A DNA stretch of 43,998 nucleotides from a virus, in the IMG/VR virus record IMGVR_UViG_3300020576_007250; one strand, given 5' to 3'. Positions 27,192-35,864 of the stretch are shown here, piece by piece. The notes beneath the pieces were generated by a model that was not told the origin of the DNA, ran no database searches, and saw nothing but the letters and a program-made list of their open reading frames with translations. The stretch's first letter is position 1, and every line of letters begins with the position of its first letter. The translations under genes and the position numbers were made by a program.

Positions 27192-27626
27192 TCACTTCTT
27201 GGATGTTTTGTTCTGTTTTCTAGCGCGAACAGGCTTGCCCAACGTGCCTTGTGCGATCTGTTGAAGTCTCTCTGCACGAGCTATCTCTGGCATGGCATAC
27301 TGCTGATATGCCAACGCAGCGAGCTCAGCACGCATTTCGTGATGACCCAACGAGAGAGCTTGGATTGTCGTCGTTTCCTCTTTTTCAGGCTTGAAGTTGC
27401 AAGAGGCAATGATGAGGACTTCGGGAATTTTGCATGCCTTTCTAAGATCTTGCACGCCTCGAAGGAATGTTCCCATTGCAGAATTCGCACTTTCCTTGTT
27501 ACTGAAAGGAATTCTCATCTCTTCGTAAAGCTCTGGATTTGGACCATGAATTGGCTCTTTTGAACTTTCAGAGTTTGAAACTTGCCTATCGACTGGCTCT
27601 TTTTCTGTCTTGTCGTCGTTCATTTG
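27192..27626 (-). CDS. hypothetical protein
   Basis: start ATG 27626 overlapping upstream TGA (ATGA); ORF extends further upstream in track. Confidence 0.4.
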   Translation of the reverse strand, partial: QMNDDKTEKEPVDRQVSNSESSKEPIHGPNPELYEEMRIPFSNKESANSAMGTFLRGVQDLRKACKIPEVLIIASCNFKPEKEETTTIQALSLGHHEMRAELAALAYQQYAMPEIARAERLQQIAQGTLGKPVRARKQNKTSKK

Positions 27627-28084
27627 GGTAGCGTCACTTGCGCCTGGCGAGGGTTCAGTTTGAAGGGACACGGGTCGCCCATCGCGATCTTGCGATCCTC
27701 GGGCAATGACATCCACGCGGCATGTGCGGTGGAGCGAAGCACGGGCTTCATCACGAAGAACGTGTTCCATAGGTCGTCTGGGACCGTATACTGCAGGACC
27801 TCGGCGTCCATCCCTTCGATGAGACCGAGTTGGTCCTTGACGAGCGCGACCGTGCAGATTCCCAAGGAAGTCTCGATCTTGACGTTGTTTTGGCCTTCTG
27901 CGATCATCGGCAGGGCGAGCTCACGAATCTTCGCCTTCGCCTCTTCGAGTGCAGCGGTGACCTCCTTGACGTGCTTAGCGAGCTTGTACGCATACGCGAC
28001 CGCAGTTTCCAGCTTGATTGCCTTTGACTCTGCTTTTTCAGTCTTTGCTTCGGGCTTTTTTGCAGTTGATTTTTTGGTCTTCAT
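27620..28084 (-). CDS. hypothetical coiled-coil protein (possibly Mu Gam-like / Gp157-like)
   Basis: Lys-rich N-terminus, long helix (VKEVTAALEEAKAKIRELALPMIAEG), then beta-rich C-domain; architecture resembles phage Gam/Gp157 families; weak. Confidence 0.3.
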   Translation of the reverse strand: MKTKKSTAKKPEAKTEKAESKAIKLETAVAYAYKLAKHVKEVTAALEEAKAKIRELALPMIAEGQNNVKIETSLGICTVALVKDQLGLIEGMDAEVLQYTVPDDLWNTFFVMKPVLRSTAHAAWMSLPEDRKIAMGDPCPFKLNPRQAQVTLPK

Positions 28085-28148
28085 GATTCAATCATATCAT
28101 AGACGAACAGCGCTTTTGCACTTTTGATGATGATTCGTGAAGTTTATG

Positions 28149-28337
28149 TCATCCTAAAACTACAGCCTGCATTTCACGCACGGTGGGATGTCGATGTTGG
28201 TCGATGTCTTTCAACAAGCGATGAAGCAAAGTGAGGTCGATGCGTCTCGTGGGACGACCACATGAATCATCGTCAAAGAACTCGACGCCTGCAGGTGTGA
28301 TGGCAACGTAAGGAAGGACAGAGCTCTGGACTTGCAT
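28149..28337 (-). CDS. hypothetical small protein
   Basis: start chosen at ATG 28337 overlapping upstream stop (TGATG). Confidence 0.3.
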   Translation of the reverse strand: MQVQSSVLPYVAITPAGVEFFDDDSCGRPTRRIDLTLLHRLLKDIDQHRHPTVREMQAVVLG

Positions 28338-28552
28338 CAGGCTTCTTCTTTGGGCTCCATTGTGAGCTCTACTTCTTTCCACAATTTCCACTGAGTCGAA
28401 TCCTTGATCGTCCATGACCGCGCCGCTTTCGAGTATCTCCAGATTCCATCGCGATCGTAACCTTTTTCTTTCAGGTGCTCGATCGCTTGTTGTGCAGTTT
28501 CAAACTCTGGTGCACCACCGTGCGTCTTCCTTTTTTCGATCTTCTTTACCAC
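28337..28552 (-). CDS. hypothetical small protein
   Basis: 71 aa, Lys/Trp-rich. Confidence 0.35.
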   Translation of the reverse strand: MVKKIEKRKTHGGAPEFETAQQAIEHLKEKGYDRDGIWRYSKAARSWTIKDSTQWKLWKEVELTMEPKEEA

Positions 28553-28863
28553 AGGTCCTCCGAGGTCATGACACTGCCAACGAGTTTGCCGCCGATGATC
28601 TGTTCATGAAGCAAGGCATTGATGTATGCTGAACGTCGAGTGCGATATTTTCCGCTTTCATCGAGAAAGCCTTCATCATCTTCATGCACGTCGATGTCAG
28701 TGACAGTGGGAGGCAAACCTTCCTTTTCTGATCGAAACTTGTCCAAGAACAGAATTGTGCGAAACACGTGATGGTGTCGGTACGGTCGAGGCAACGACCA
28801 GATTTGGTCGCGAAATCGAACTGCAACGTGCGTGATTGGGGGACGAGTAATTTTATTGATCAC
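28546..28863 (-). CDS. hypothetical protein
   Basis: 105 aa; alternative frame ORF 28566..28826 overlaps. Confidence 0.35.
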   Translation of the reverse strand: MINKITRPPITHVAVRFRDQIWSLPRPYRHHHVFRTILFLDKFRSEKEGLPPTVTDIDVHEDDEGFLDESGKYRTRRSAYINALLHEQIIGGKLVGSVMTSEDLW

Positions 28864-29111
28864 AACACCGGTGCTTTCTCTTCAATTGGGCGACAATCTC
28901 GGGCGAGACCATGAAGCTCACTAATCACGAATGACAAGCGAGCCGACGCAAGAGCCATTTGTGCTCCATAATTGCCGTAAAGCTTGAGAGGAATGTCTAA
29001 ATTTTCGAGTTCAGTCTGCATCTTTTTGAGTTCAGTTGCAAACTTCGTTGCTGCCTTGCTCAAGATATTCAGACGATCTTCATCAGTGATAGCCTTCTTC
29101 ATGCTCTTCAT
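28860..29111 (-). CDS. hypothetical helical protein
   Basis: 83 aa; ATGA coupling. Confidence 0.4.
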   Translation of the reverse strand: MKSMKKAITDEDRLNILSKAATKFATELKKMQTELENLDIPLKLYGNYGAQMALASARLSFVISELHGLARDCRPIEEKAPVL

Positions 29112-29341
29112 GTGGCAGTATCTTCCAACAATTTCTGGCCGAGTTCACGCTTTTCTTCTGAGGTCAAGCGACGCCAACGCGAGCCAAGGCCCCAACACGT
29201 GAAACACTGCACCATCCAACGAACGTTGTCACCCTTGCGAGTTTCCCAGACTCGACCGGTGCCTTGACATGTCTCGCAGGAACACAGGCACTTGATGTCA
29301 CTTGTCATATGACAACCACTTTGAAAAAATTTTACCGCCAA
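29108..29341 (-). CDS. small Cys-rich zinc-finger-like protein
   Basis: CLCSCETCQGTG...CFTCWGLG. Confidence 0.4.
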   Translation of the reverse strand: MAVKFFQSGCHMTSDIKCLCSCETCQGTGRVWETRKGDNVRWMVQCFTCWGLGSRWRRLTSEEKRELGQKLLEDTAT

Positions 29342-29744
29342 TCCAATATGAAATGAATGGAATGATAAGGATTATCAATCCGAAAAGCCACGCGTCGAAA
29401 AACCCATCGACAGGATGTTCAATTGAATTATATGCCAGAATATTCCAGCCCATGACATTACCCGCGAACACTCCCAAACGAGTAATTCCTACCGTGGCGA
29501 GCCAACCGAGCATGTACACAAGTGTCACTCCTAGTACACACAATACACCCAGGAGTGAGACTCCCAACATGCCTAGAAATGAACGCCCTAAGAAGCGAAC
29601 GAAAACATTGTTGACAGAAAATGCTGATTTCATCCACACTCGTTTCGTCTTCGAGCTTTTCGGAACGACTGGTTTCGACGCCGGCGCGGCATCAACTAAA
29701 GCGCTCGAGCGATAAGGATTCTGCGAGCAATTGGGACAACTCAT
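29298..29744 (-). CDS. membrane protein (3-4 TM)
   Basis: hydrophobic segments LGMLGVSLLGVLCVLGVTLVYMLGWLATV and LFGLIILIIPFISYWIGG; N-terminal CPNC. Confidence 0.45.
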   Translation of the reverse strand: MSCPNCSQNPYRSSALVDAAPASKPVVPKSSKTKRVWMKSAFSVNNVFVRFLGRSFLGMLGVSLLGVLCVLGVTLVYMLGWLATVGITRLGVFAGNVMGWNILAYNSIEHPVDGFFDAWLFGLIILIIPFISYWIGGKIFSKWLSYDK

Positions 29745-29959
29745 GGCGCGCCGTTTTCATCTTTCTTGTACGTACGTGGAAACGGCGATGTGTGAGGAAA
29801 GACCTCACGACGATTCAGCACAGCTTGCGTTGCATAGGACTTCACGTGCCCGGACAACATGTCCTCACGACGTGACATTGTCAGGTACGCTTGTTCCCAA
29901 AAGCGAATCTCTTCAGTCGTCGCATCAGGCAAGACAGTATCGAAATAGTTCAAATTCAT
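29741..29959 (-). CDS. hypothetical protein
   Basis: 72 aa; ATGA coupling. Confidence 0.35.
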   Translation of the reverse strand: MNLNYFDTVLPDATTEEIRFWEQAYLTMSRREDMLSGHVKSYATQAVLNRREVFPHTSPFPRTYKKDENGAP

Positions 29960-30618
29960 GCGTTCCTCGCTGCTCGTGCGGCTTCCTTCTCTGCCTTGAT
30001 AACTTCTTTGGGTCGATTTTTGACACCACGGGGACGCCCTCTGCCACGCTTCTCACCAGGCTTTGCGGCTGCGAGGGCCTCCTTCTTCAGTTGAGCCTTG
30101 ACAGCTCGCACTGCGAATGGGTCACCCTTTTCGGGAGCCAACTTGAAGATGTGAAGCCCGTCCTTATAGGAGACGTAGCGGACGGTCGGAATTCGAGCGT
30201 CTGAATCCTCGTCGAAGATGGTGACCAAACCGGTGTCATCGTCGATGGTGCGGACCCGACCGACGAGGGTCTGGAGCCATGGCAATCCCGGGAGCAAAGT
30301 CGTGGTGATGTCGACGACCACACGTTGACCGACATCGAAGAGCGGAAACTTTTCGAGCTTTTTCACGCCCATTTCATCAGGTTCTTGAGCGACCTCGACG
30401 ACGCCGTCCTTGAGGTGTCCGATGACAGGCCTGCGAGCCTGCCAGCGATCTCGACGCTCAGACTCCGACATGCCGAGCGACAAGGTCGCCTCAGCTGCCT
30501 CTTCGGCCGCGGCCGCTAGCTCCGGGTCGATGGGCTGCTCGACCACCGGCGGGAGACCTTCTTCGGGCCCACTCGAACCCACTTCAATTTCCGGCTCGTC
30601 AGCAATGGTGGTATCCAT
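29956..30618 (-). CDS. acidic protein with KOW/SH3-like segment and C-terminal AT-hook
   Basis: FDVGQRVVVDIT...LVGRVRTIDDDTGLVTI; GRGRPRG AT-hook; first gene of a 10-gene minus-strand coupled run. Confidence 0.45.
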   Translation of the reverse strand: MDTTIADEPEIEVGSSGPEEGLPPVVEQPIDPELAAAAEEAAEATLSLGMSESERRDRWQARRPVIGHLKDGVVEVAQEPDEMGVKKLEKFPLFDVGQRVVVDITTTLLPGLPWLQTLVGRVRTIDDDTGLVTIFDEDSDARIPTVRYVSYKDGLHIFKLAPEKGDPFAVRAVKAQLKKEALAAAKPGEKRGRGRPRGVKNRPKEVIKAEKEAARAARNA

Positions 30619-30738
30619 GGTCTTTAATTTACCACGCTCTCGAGGGCAATTGCACCGGTTTGGGAGAACGATAAAAAGATGATTTCGATGGTGAATTTGA
30701 GTGCAGATTCATTGCACACGCCGTGAAGACAATGTATC

Positions 30739-30978
30739 GTGAAGACGTTTCATCCCGGCGACATGGTCAAATCGATATGGTCAACACTTGCGGCACCGAT
30801 GTGGGATGATTGGTCAACGGCGGGAAAATCGAGCACTTCTAGCATCGTCGGTCGATTTGATGTTGGACAATTGGGCATTGTGTTATCTGTGTTACCTAAA
30901 CACACGACTGAAATTTTAATCATGACTTCACTTGGTGAGCTCGGTTGGATGTCACACCTTGACGTAGAAATCGCATAA
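30739..30978 (+). CDS. PGDxV/LGW-family array member 1 (GTG start)
   Basis: FHPGDMVKS ... LGIVLSV ... LGELGWM. Confidence 0.5.
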   Translation: MKTFHPGDMVKSIWSTLAAPMWDDWSTAGKSSTSSIVGRFDVGQLGIVLSVLPKHTTEILIMTSLGELGWMSHLDVEIA

Positions 30979-31025
30979 GAATTGAATCACAGATCCATTG
31001 TGCACACGAAAGAGACAATCACGTC

Positions 31026-31283
31026 GTGGACGGACTGCGACCTGGTGATCTCGTTATTCTTGGGCGTGGGCCTGCTGGTCTGCCTTTAATATTGACAGCG
31101 ACTCCGGGCTCAAGCGCGGGTGACAATCCTGAAACTGGGCAATTTCAATCGGGCCAACTTGGGCTGGTGTTAGCAATCACGCGTGACGGAGGCTCGACGT
31201 TGACGGACGAGGAGGCGCTCATCATTTGTCCCACGGGCCTGGGATGGAACACGATGCATAACATGAGGAAGGTGGCGACATGA
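31026..31283 (+). CDS. array member 2 (GTG start)
   Basis: LRPGDLVILG ... LGLVLAI ... TGLGWN. Confidence 0.5.
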   Translation: MDGLRPGDLVILGRGPAGLPLILTATPGSSAGDNPETGQFQSGQLGLVLAITRDGGSTLTDEEALIICPTGLGWNTMHNMRKVAT

Positions 31284-31301
31284 ATCACCGGTTATCGTGA
31301 G

Positions 31302-31559
31302 ATGAAGATTGATGCTTTCAAACCAGTACTTCCAGGAGACCTGGTGCACACCAATTCTTCACAGACCAGATCAGCGTCAATCACAAACGTGCCAATCGCC
31401 AGAATGTCTGGCCAACCTGAGTCATTGGGATTCTTGGACAGTGATGAAGTCGCCATCGTTATTAATGTTGATGATGAATCTGAAGAGACACTCGTGCTTA
31501 CCTCGACAGGAATCCTCGGATGGATTTACACAGTGGCACTACAGCGGGTGACAGGATGA
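31302..31559 (+). CDS. array member 3
   Basis: LPGDLVHT ... VAIVINV ... TGILGWIY ... RVTG. Confidence 0.55.
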   Translation: MKIDAFKPVLPGDLVHTNSSQTRSASITNVPIARMSGQPESLGFLDSDEVAIVINVDDESEETLVLTSTGILGWIYTVALQRVTG

Positions 31560-31813
31560 AAACTTCTGTCTTTAAACCTGGTGACTTAGTCAGACGTGTA
31601 AATGGCGTGTATCACAGCAAGTTACAAATCTTAAGGCAACCACGATCGAAAGGATTCAGCGTTCCTGTAGGAAGACTCATGATTGATGAAATAGCAATGA
31701 TCATTGGGCATGATGACGAAGCCAATGAATCACTGATCATCGCGACGACATACATCGGTTCTGCAGTGTTAGGCTGGATTCGCACCGATGTCATAGAACG
31801 GGTGACAGAATGA
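31556..31813 (+). CDS. array member 4
   Basis: ATGA coupling at 31556-31559; FKPGDLVRRV ... IAMIIGH ... SAVLGWI ... RVTE. Confidence 0.55.
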   Translation: MKTSVFKPGDLVRRVNGVYHSKLQILRQPRSKGFSVPVGRLMIDEIAMIIGHDDEANESLIIATTYIGSAVLGWIRTDVIERVTE

Positions 31814-32064
31814 AACATTGTGTTTTCAAACCGGGCGATCTGATCGCTGGTTCTGTCTTTCGTGTGGCACCACCGGAAATTTCCGCATGTTACGGGAGGA
31901 TAAATGAAAACAACAAACGCATCGGTCAATTGAGCAAAGACAGTGTTGCGCTCGTTCTATGCACCATTCCAGAACGCGAAGACAATGATGAAGAGGCCAT
32001 GATATTGACGTCTGATCACACGATCGGTTGGATAAGCGCTTTTGGAATAGAGCGGGTTACATGA
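31810..32064 (+). CDS. array member 5
   Basis: ATGA coupling; FKPGDLIAGS ... VALVLCT ... HTIGWI ... RVT. Confidence 0.55.
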   Translation: MKHCVFKPGDLIAGSVFRVAPPEISACYGRINENNKRIGQLSKDSVALVLCTIPEREDNDEEAMILTSDHTIGWISAFGIERVT

Positions 32065-32306
32065 AGAACGAATTTCTATGTGCTCCCGGTGACATGATCA
32101 CGGTTCCCATAGGACCGAGTTACATGTTGACAGCACGTCCCGGAGGAATCAATGGAACTACAAATCCATGCGTCGGCCATGCGGTGTTAAAAGAATTGGC
32201 GATCGTCATTTGTCGTGATGATAAAACCAGTGACCTATTGATCATGACAGGTTCGTGCAATTTGGGCTGGATTCGATCATGGGTGATTCAACGGGTAATA
32301 AGATGA
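32061..32306 (+). CDS. array member 6
   Basis: ATGA coupling; CAPGDMITV ... LAIVICR ... CNLGWI ... RVIR. Confidence 0.55.
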   Translation: MKNEFLCAPGDMITVPIGPSYMLTARPGGINGTTNPCVGHAVLKELAIVICRDDKTSDLLIMTGSCNLGWIRSWVIQRVIR

Positions 32307-32551
32307 AAACATTTCTACCGGGCGACATGATACGCTACGTCGGGCGATGGAAACATGACTATACGACAATCATGCCAGATCCATTGTCAGCTAACATTAC
32401 CACGACTAGAAACTATGCGAACGACCTGTTAACCAGTGAAATCTCAATCGTTATTTGTCGTCATGAATACACAGGAAACTTATTCATCATGAATTCCAGA
32501 TTAGTGTTGGGATGGATTGAGCCTACACGTATGATACGAGTGCATGAATGA
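32303..32551 (+). CDS. array member 7
   Basis: ATGA coupling; FLPGDMIRYV ... ISIVICR ... LVLGWI ... RVHE. Confidence 0.55.
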   Translation: MKTFLPGDMIRYVGRWKHDYTTIMPDPLSANITTTRNYANDLLTSEISIVICRHEYTGNLFIMNSRLVLGWIEPTRMIRVHE

Positions 32552-32835
32552 ACGCATTCATTCCTGGCGATTTCTTGTGTTTAGATCCGGATCATGCCAA
32601 TGATATCACAAAATCCATCGCTGTCTCTGGTATGCCGGGTGATGAATATCGCTTCAAGACATACATCGGAGGTCTTAAAGAAACTACGACCATGCTGGTT
32701 ATCTCTGGTAAAATTTTGGAACAACACTATTCACTAGTGTTGACGTCGAATGGAATGTTAGGTTGGGTACAGTCTGGTACTATGAAACGTGTGTCAGAGA
32801 GATCTCAGAATGAAAAATTCGTTCTTGCCCGGTGA
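32548..32835 (+). CDS. array member 8 (C-terminally extended)
   Basis: ATGA coupling; FIPGDFLCL ... MLVISG ... GMLGWV ... KRVSE then 11 extra residues because the normal ATGA junction is disrupted. Confidence 0.5.
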   Translation: MNAFIPGDFLCLDPDHANDITKSIAVSGMPGDEYRFKTYIGGLKETTTMLVISGKILEQHYSLVLTSNGMLGWVQSGTMKRVSERSQNEKFVLAR

Positions 32836-33027
32836 CCTCGTTCGTCTAAATCCATGTATCGGGCCAGCATCTGGAATGATTTAAATCAAATGATAGGTGA
32901 GTTCACGTCGCAGCACACTGCTATTATCATTTGCACGAGAAGTTGTGATGAAGACGTACTAGCATTGACGTCGTCAGGATTGTTAGGGTACATTCCTGTT
33001 AACAATTTAGAACGTGTGACAATATGA
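32810..33027 (+). pseudogene. array member 9, frameshifted
   Basis: MKNSFLPGDLVRLNP in one frame stops after 24 codons (TAA ~32880); family C-half (HTAIIICTR ... SGLLGYI ... ERVTI) continues in +1 frame to the ATGA junction at 33024-33027. Confidence 0.5.
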
Positions 33028-33260
33028 CACCGGGTTCTTTGGTGAAGATAGCAATTGAGGCATCGAACATCGGTCTCAGACAATATTCAACTCATTTCGA
33101 CCTGAACAACAAGTTGACTGGTTACATGACTGATAAAGACGTGGCTTTGATCGTTGGCATGCGTTGGTTTGGATACACGACGAAAGCTTTGATCGTGACG
33201 TCCAAAGGATTGTTAGGATGGACGCTCGCTGATAATTTGTGCAATGTTGGTGACGCATGA
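33024..33260 (+). CDS. array member 10
   Basis: MTPGSLVKI ... VALIVGM ... KGLLGWT. Confidence 0.5.
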   Translation: MTPGSLVKIAIEASNIGLRQYSTHFDLNNKLTGYMTDKDVALIVGMRWFGYTTKALIVTSKGLLGWTLADNLCNVGDA

Positions 33261-33502
33261 TCAAGCCCGGTGACATGGTACGAATCGATCCTGATCGAAA
33301 GATGAAGAGCACAGACTTCTTCACTGTCACTTCTCAAGCAGGAAGAATCTACGATCCGAACAATAAAATACTCGGCAAATTCATGTCAGATGACGTGGCA
33401 ATCATCATCTATGCAGACGATCATGATCAAAATGAAATGATGATACTGTCATCGACTGGGCTGTTGGGTTGGTGTTACACCACGTCGTTCGTCATCGTCT
33501 GA
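33257..33502 (+). CDS. array member 11
   Basis: ATGA coupling; IKPGDMVRI ... VAIIIYA ... TGLLGWCY. Confidence 0.55.
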   Translation: MIKPGDMVRIDPDRKMKSTDFFTVTSQAGRIYDPNNKILGKFMSDDVAIIIYADDHDQNEMMILSSTGLLGWCYTTSFVIV

Positions 33503-33542
33503 TCACCTAAAACGCAGCCAAAATTCTCACAGCATAGAAACC

Positions 33543-33857
33543 ATGAAAGAGACGCCACTCAATCTGACGACGGGCTCACTTCTACCGGGCGACCTGTTCT
33601 GCATCAAAAAGATCCCAGACCTGACATACACCATCGCCATCTTCGACCCATACGATCAGATCGGCAGAGTGATAGACAGGTTGACCGTCTCCCTGGTCGC
33701 CTTGGTGCTAGAAGCCGAGCGAGAAACACACACGTACATGATCATGAGCTCAGCAGGCACGTTAGGACGTGTGTACCTCAGTGGTGCTGCGATCAACGGA
33801 ATCTCTGAGACCGTCTCCCTGGTCGCCCGGAGCGCGGCCAAAATCTATTCTACGTAG
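33543..33857 (+). CDS. array member 12 (with internal 19-bp duplication)
   Basis: LLPGDLFCI ... VALVLEA ... AGTLGRVY; extended C-terminus carrying second copy of ACCGTCTCCCTGGTCGCC. Confidence 0.5.
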   Translation: MKETPLNLTTGSLLPGDLFCIKKIPDLTYTIAIFDPYDQIGRVIDRLTVSLVALVLEAERETHTYMIMSSAGTLGRVYLSGAAINGISETVSLVARSAAKIYST

Positions 33858-33905
33858 AAATGAAATGGAAGAAGCAAGTAGATGAGGGAGAGATAGAGTA
33901 GAAGA

Positions 33906-34439
33906 ATGTCAAACGACCCACGCGTCAAGCTAGCTCTAGAGCTGTATGGAAAGGGATTTGGTCCTACAGAAATTGTCAAGCAAATCAAGAGCCATGGCCT
34001 TGCTCCTGCGATCCCTAGAACAGTTAAGAACTGGCTGATAAAGAAGGGCGTTTACGTGTCCAATCCAGCCTATCGACGAATGGAAGTAAAGGAGACGCCT
34101 CTCAATGTCAATGTAATCAAGTGTCCTCATGACGTGCCGACCACCCGATGTAAGACATGCTGTCCAACGTCTGAGGCGAAAGCTCGATTCAATGGTTACG
34201 GCATCACTGAACTAGACTTCATCGCAATGTTAGACAAGCAACGACATCGATGTGCCATCTGCGAACGCGTGCTAGCAATCTTGCCCAAGGCTGAGGTGCA
34301 CATCGACCACTGTCACAAATCAGGCAAGGTCAGAGGTGTACTGTGCAAGAGGTGCAACACAGGCCTCTATCTGTTCGAAGAGAAGAAGATTCGAGAGCGA
34401 GCGACTGAGTACGTCTTGTCTGCGCGTCGCGCGTCGTAA
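33906..34439 (+). CDS. HNH-type endonuclease of the T4 endonuclease VII family (putative homing endonuclease)
   Basis: CAICERVL...HIDHCHKSGKVRGVLCKRCNTGL matches Endo VII His-Me finger core (HxDHxHxTGxVRGLLCxxCN); N-terminal 80 aa probably DNA-binding. Confidence 0.65.
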   Translation: MSNDPRVKLALELYGKGFGPTEIVKQIKSHGLAPAIPRTVKNWLIKKGVYVSNPAYRRMEVKETPLNVNVIKCPHDVPTTRCKTCCPTSEAKARFNGYGITELDFIAMLDKQRHRCAICERVLAILPKAEVHIDHCHKSGKVRGVLCKRCNTGLYLFEEKKIRERATEYVLSARRAS

Positions 34440-34735
34440 GGGGCGTGTCGAACGCTCAGAGTGGTGTTCTCCTCACAGTTACACACAGTCATAGCCTATT
34501 TGCTATAACGTAGTCTGCCACCTTCTACCACACTCGTAGTATGTGAGTCGCATCGGTGTATGTAGCGAGGAATGTTTGGAAGAAGAACATTGCATTACGT
34601 TCTGCATACATTCGATATGATCTCGAGATCTGCACAGATCTAACGGAAATCCACCGCTGATCTGCACAGCGACCTCACGCGTTACATGCAGATCCCCCGC
34701 AGATCCCGCCGGACACGCGTGGTCGACCGTCCCCT
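34440..34735. promoter_or_regulatory. GATC-dense non-coding region with direct repeats at GC-content boundary
   Basis: no convincing ORF; GATCTGCACAG at 34627 and 34659; 8 GATC sites within ~90 bp (34614-34702) including GCAGATCCC x2. Confidence 0.35.
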
Positions 34736-34990
34736 CTACCCTCTCCTCTCTACCCTCCGCAGCTCCTCTGTCCGCAGCCATCCCGCGGTGGGCATGCCGC
34801 GCGTCTTCCACCGGACCAGCGTACGGTCTGCATGCTGGACTGCCACCTCTCCTTCCTCGTATTTGCCTCCCGTGAGGAGGAAGGCGACCTTTTCACCGGG
34901 ATTGAAGCGGATCCCGGTCCAGTTGTCAGCCCGCAGGATGCCGTTGCAATCGATGTAGTTCTGCTGTCGAGGTGCGTTGTCTGTGCCCAT
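34736..34990 (-). CDS. PGDxV-family small protein (GC-rich copy)
   Basis: NPGEKVAFLLTGGKYEEGEVAVQ...LVRW. Confidence 0.45.
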   Translation of the reverse strand: MGTDNAPRQQNYIDCNGILRADNWTGIRFNPGEKVAFLLTGGKYEEGEVAVQHADRTLVRWKTRGMPTAGWLRTEELRRVERRG

Positions 34991-35189
34991 GGGTCAGTCT
35001 ACCACAGTCTCCACCGAGGGGACACAACTAAGTCACCCCTTGTACATGCACCCGGTGAGGTTATATGATGAGATGGGACTACTTTTTGCGGCGGTCAAGG
35101 GTTGCTCTGGCCCGCAAATGTTCTGAGCAGATCGCGCCATCGCGAGCGGGTGCGCCCGAATCGTGTATCGGGCGCGAGGAGAATTCAGC

Positions 35190-35384
35190 TCACGGGGTCT
35201 TCAGCACGCGTGATAGTTCACGGTAGACCTGCGCGAAAAGAGTGTCACCCGTCGGCTCCTGTCCCTCTACGGCGAGGTTCTTCCAGAAGGCGCGCATCTG
35301 ATCACGTAGTTCAATTGCCTCTGCACGCGTGAGGCCGACCTTGATTCCCTTGGGATGTTTCTCTCCCATCTCCTTGACGAACAT
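35190..35384 (-). CDS. hypothetical small protein
   Basis: start at ATG 35384 overlapping upstream stop. Confidence 0.35.
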   Translation of the reverse strand: MFVKEMGEKHPKGIKVGLTRAEAIELRDQMRAFWKNLAVEGQEPTGDTLFAQVYRELSRVLKTP

Positions 35385-35602
35385 CACGTGCCTCCATTCC
35401 GTGGGTCGATCCCCAGCGCAGTAAACATCTCTTCGAGTGAGTCCAACGTCTTGCATTCCTGCAAGCGATAGCTTGGGTTGTACGTGTCCAGCCGCGACAT
35501 GAGATGCTTGATGCCGTGAAACAACGTCATCGCTTCTTCCTTCTTCATCTCTACCTTGATGAGTTCGTCGCTCTCGTCTGTCGTCACGTTGATGTACATC
35601 AC
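35384..35602 (-). CDS. hypothetical small protein (MMY[IV]N paralog A)
   Basis: MMYINVTTDESDELIKVEMKKEEAMTLFHGI, paralogous to 35865..36101. Confidence 0.4.
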   Translation of the reverse strand: MMYINVTTDESDELIKVEMKKEEAMTLFHGIKHLMSRLDTYNPSYRLQECKTLDSLEEMFTALGIDPRNGGT

Positions 35603-35611
35603 CTTACCTCT

Positions 35612-35809
35612 TCAAGTTGCTGCGACTGCCAACAGGATGTTGTCCACGCGTGACCGTGCTGCGTGTTCGGTCTCGTGCCGCGAGAAGACCCAGGCACCGC
35701 TCATGACGCAGTGTCGACCATGGGCCACCAACGGACCGTCGTCTCGGTAGTAGACCAACGGATCATCGCTCTGCCAAAATGGCTTGGTGTCTGTCTTTTT
35801 GTTCGTCAT
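35612..35809 (-). CDS. hypothetical small protein
   Basis: preceded by conserved upstream element (35810-35832). Confidence 0.45.
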   Translation of the reverse strand: MTNKKTDTKPFWQSDDPLVYYRDDGPLVAHGRHCVMSGAWVFSRHETEHAARSRVDNILLAVAAT

Positions 35810-35832
35810 GATCTAGACTCTACCTCAGATCG
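35810..35832 (-). promoter_or_regulatory. conserved upstream element, copy 1
   Basis: minus-strand CGATCTGAGGTAGAGTCTAGATC then ATG. Confidence 0.5.
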
Positions 35833-35864
35833 CTGATGATTTGCACTTCGTGCAAACAATCCCT

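Noticed and set aside
31309-33502. Numerous alternative-frame and antisense ORFs across the tandem array (for example 31309-31551+, 31612-31929-, 33076-33330-, 33122-33337-)
   Set aside because: The array frame is supported by conserved motifs and ATGA junctions; the others are shadows.
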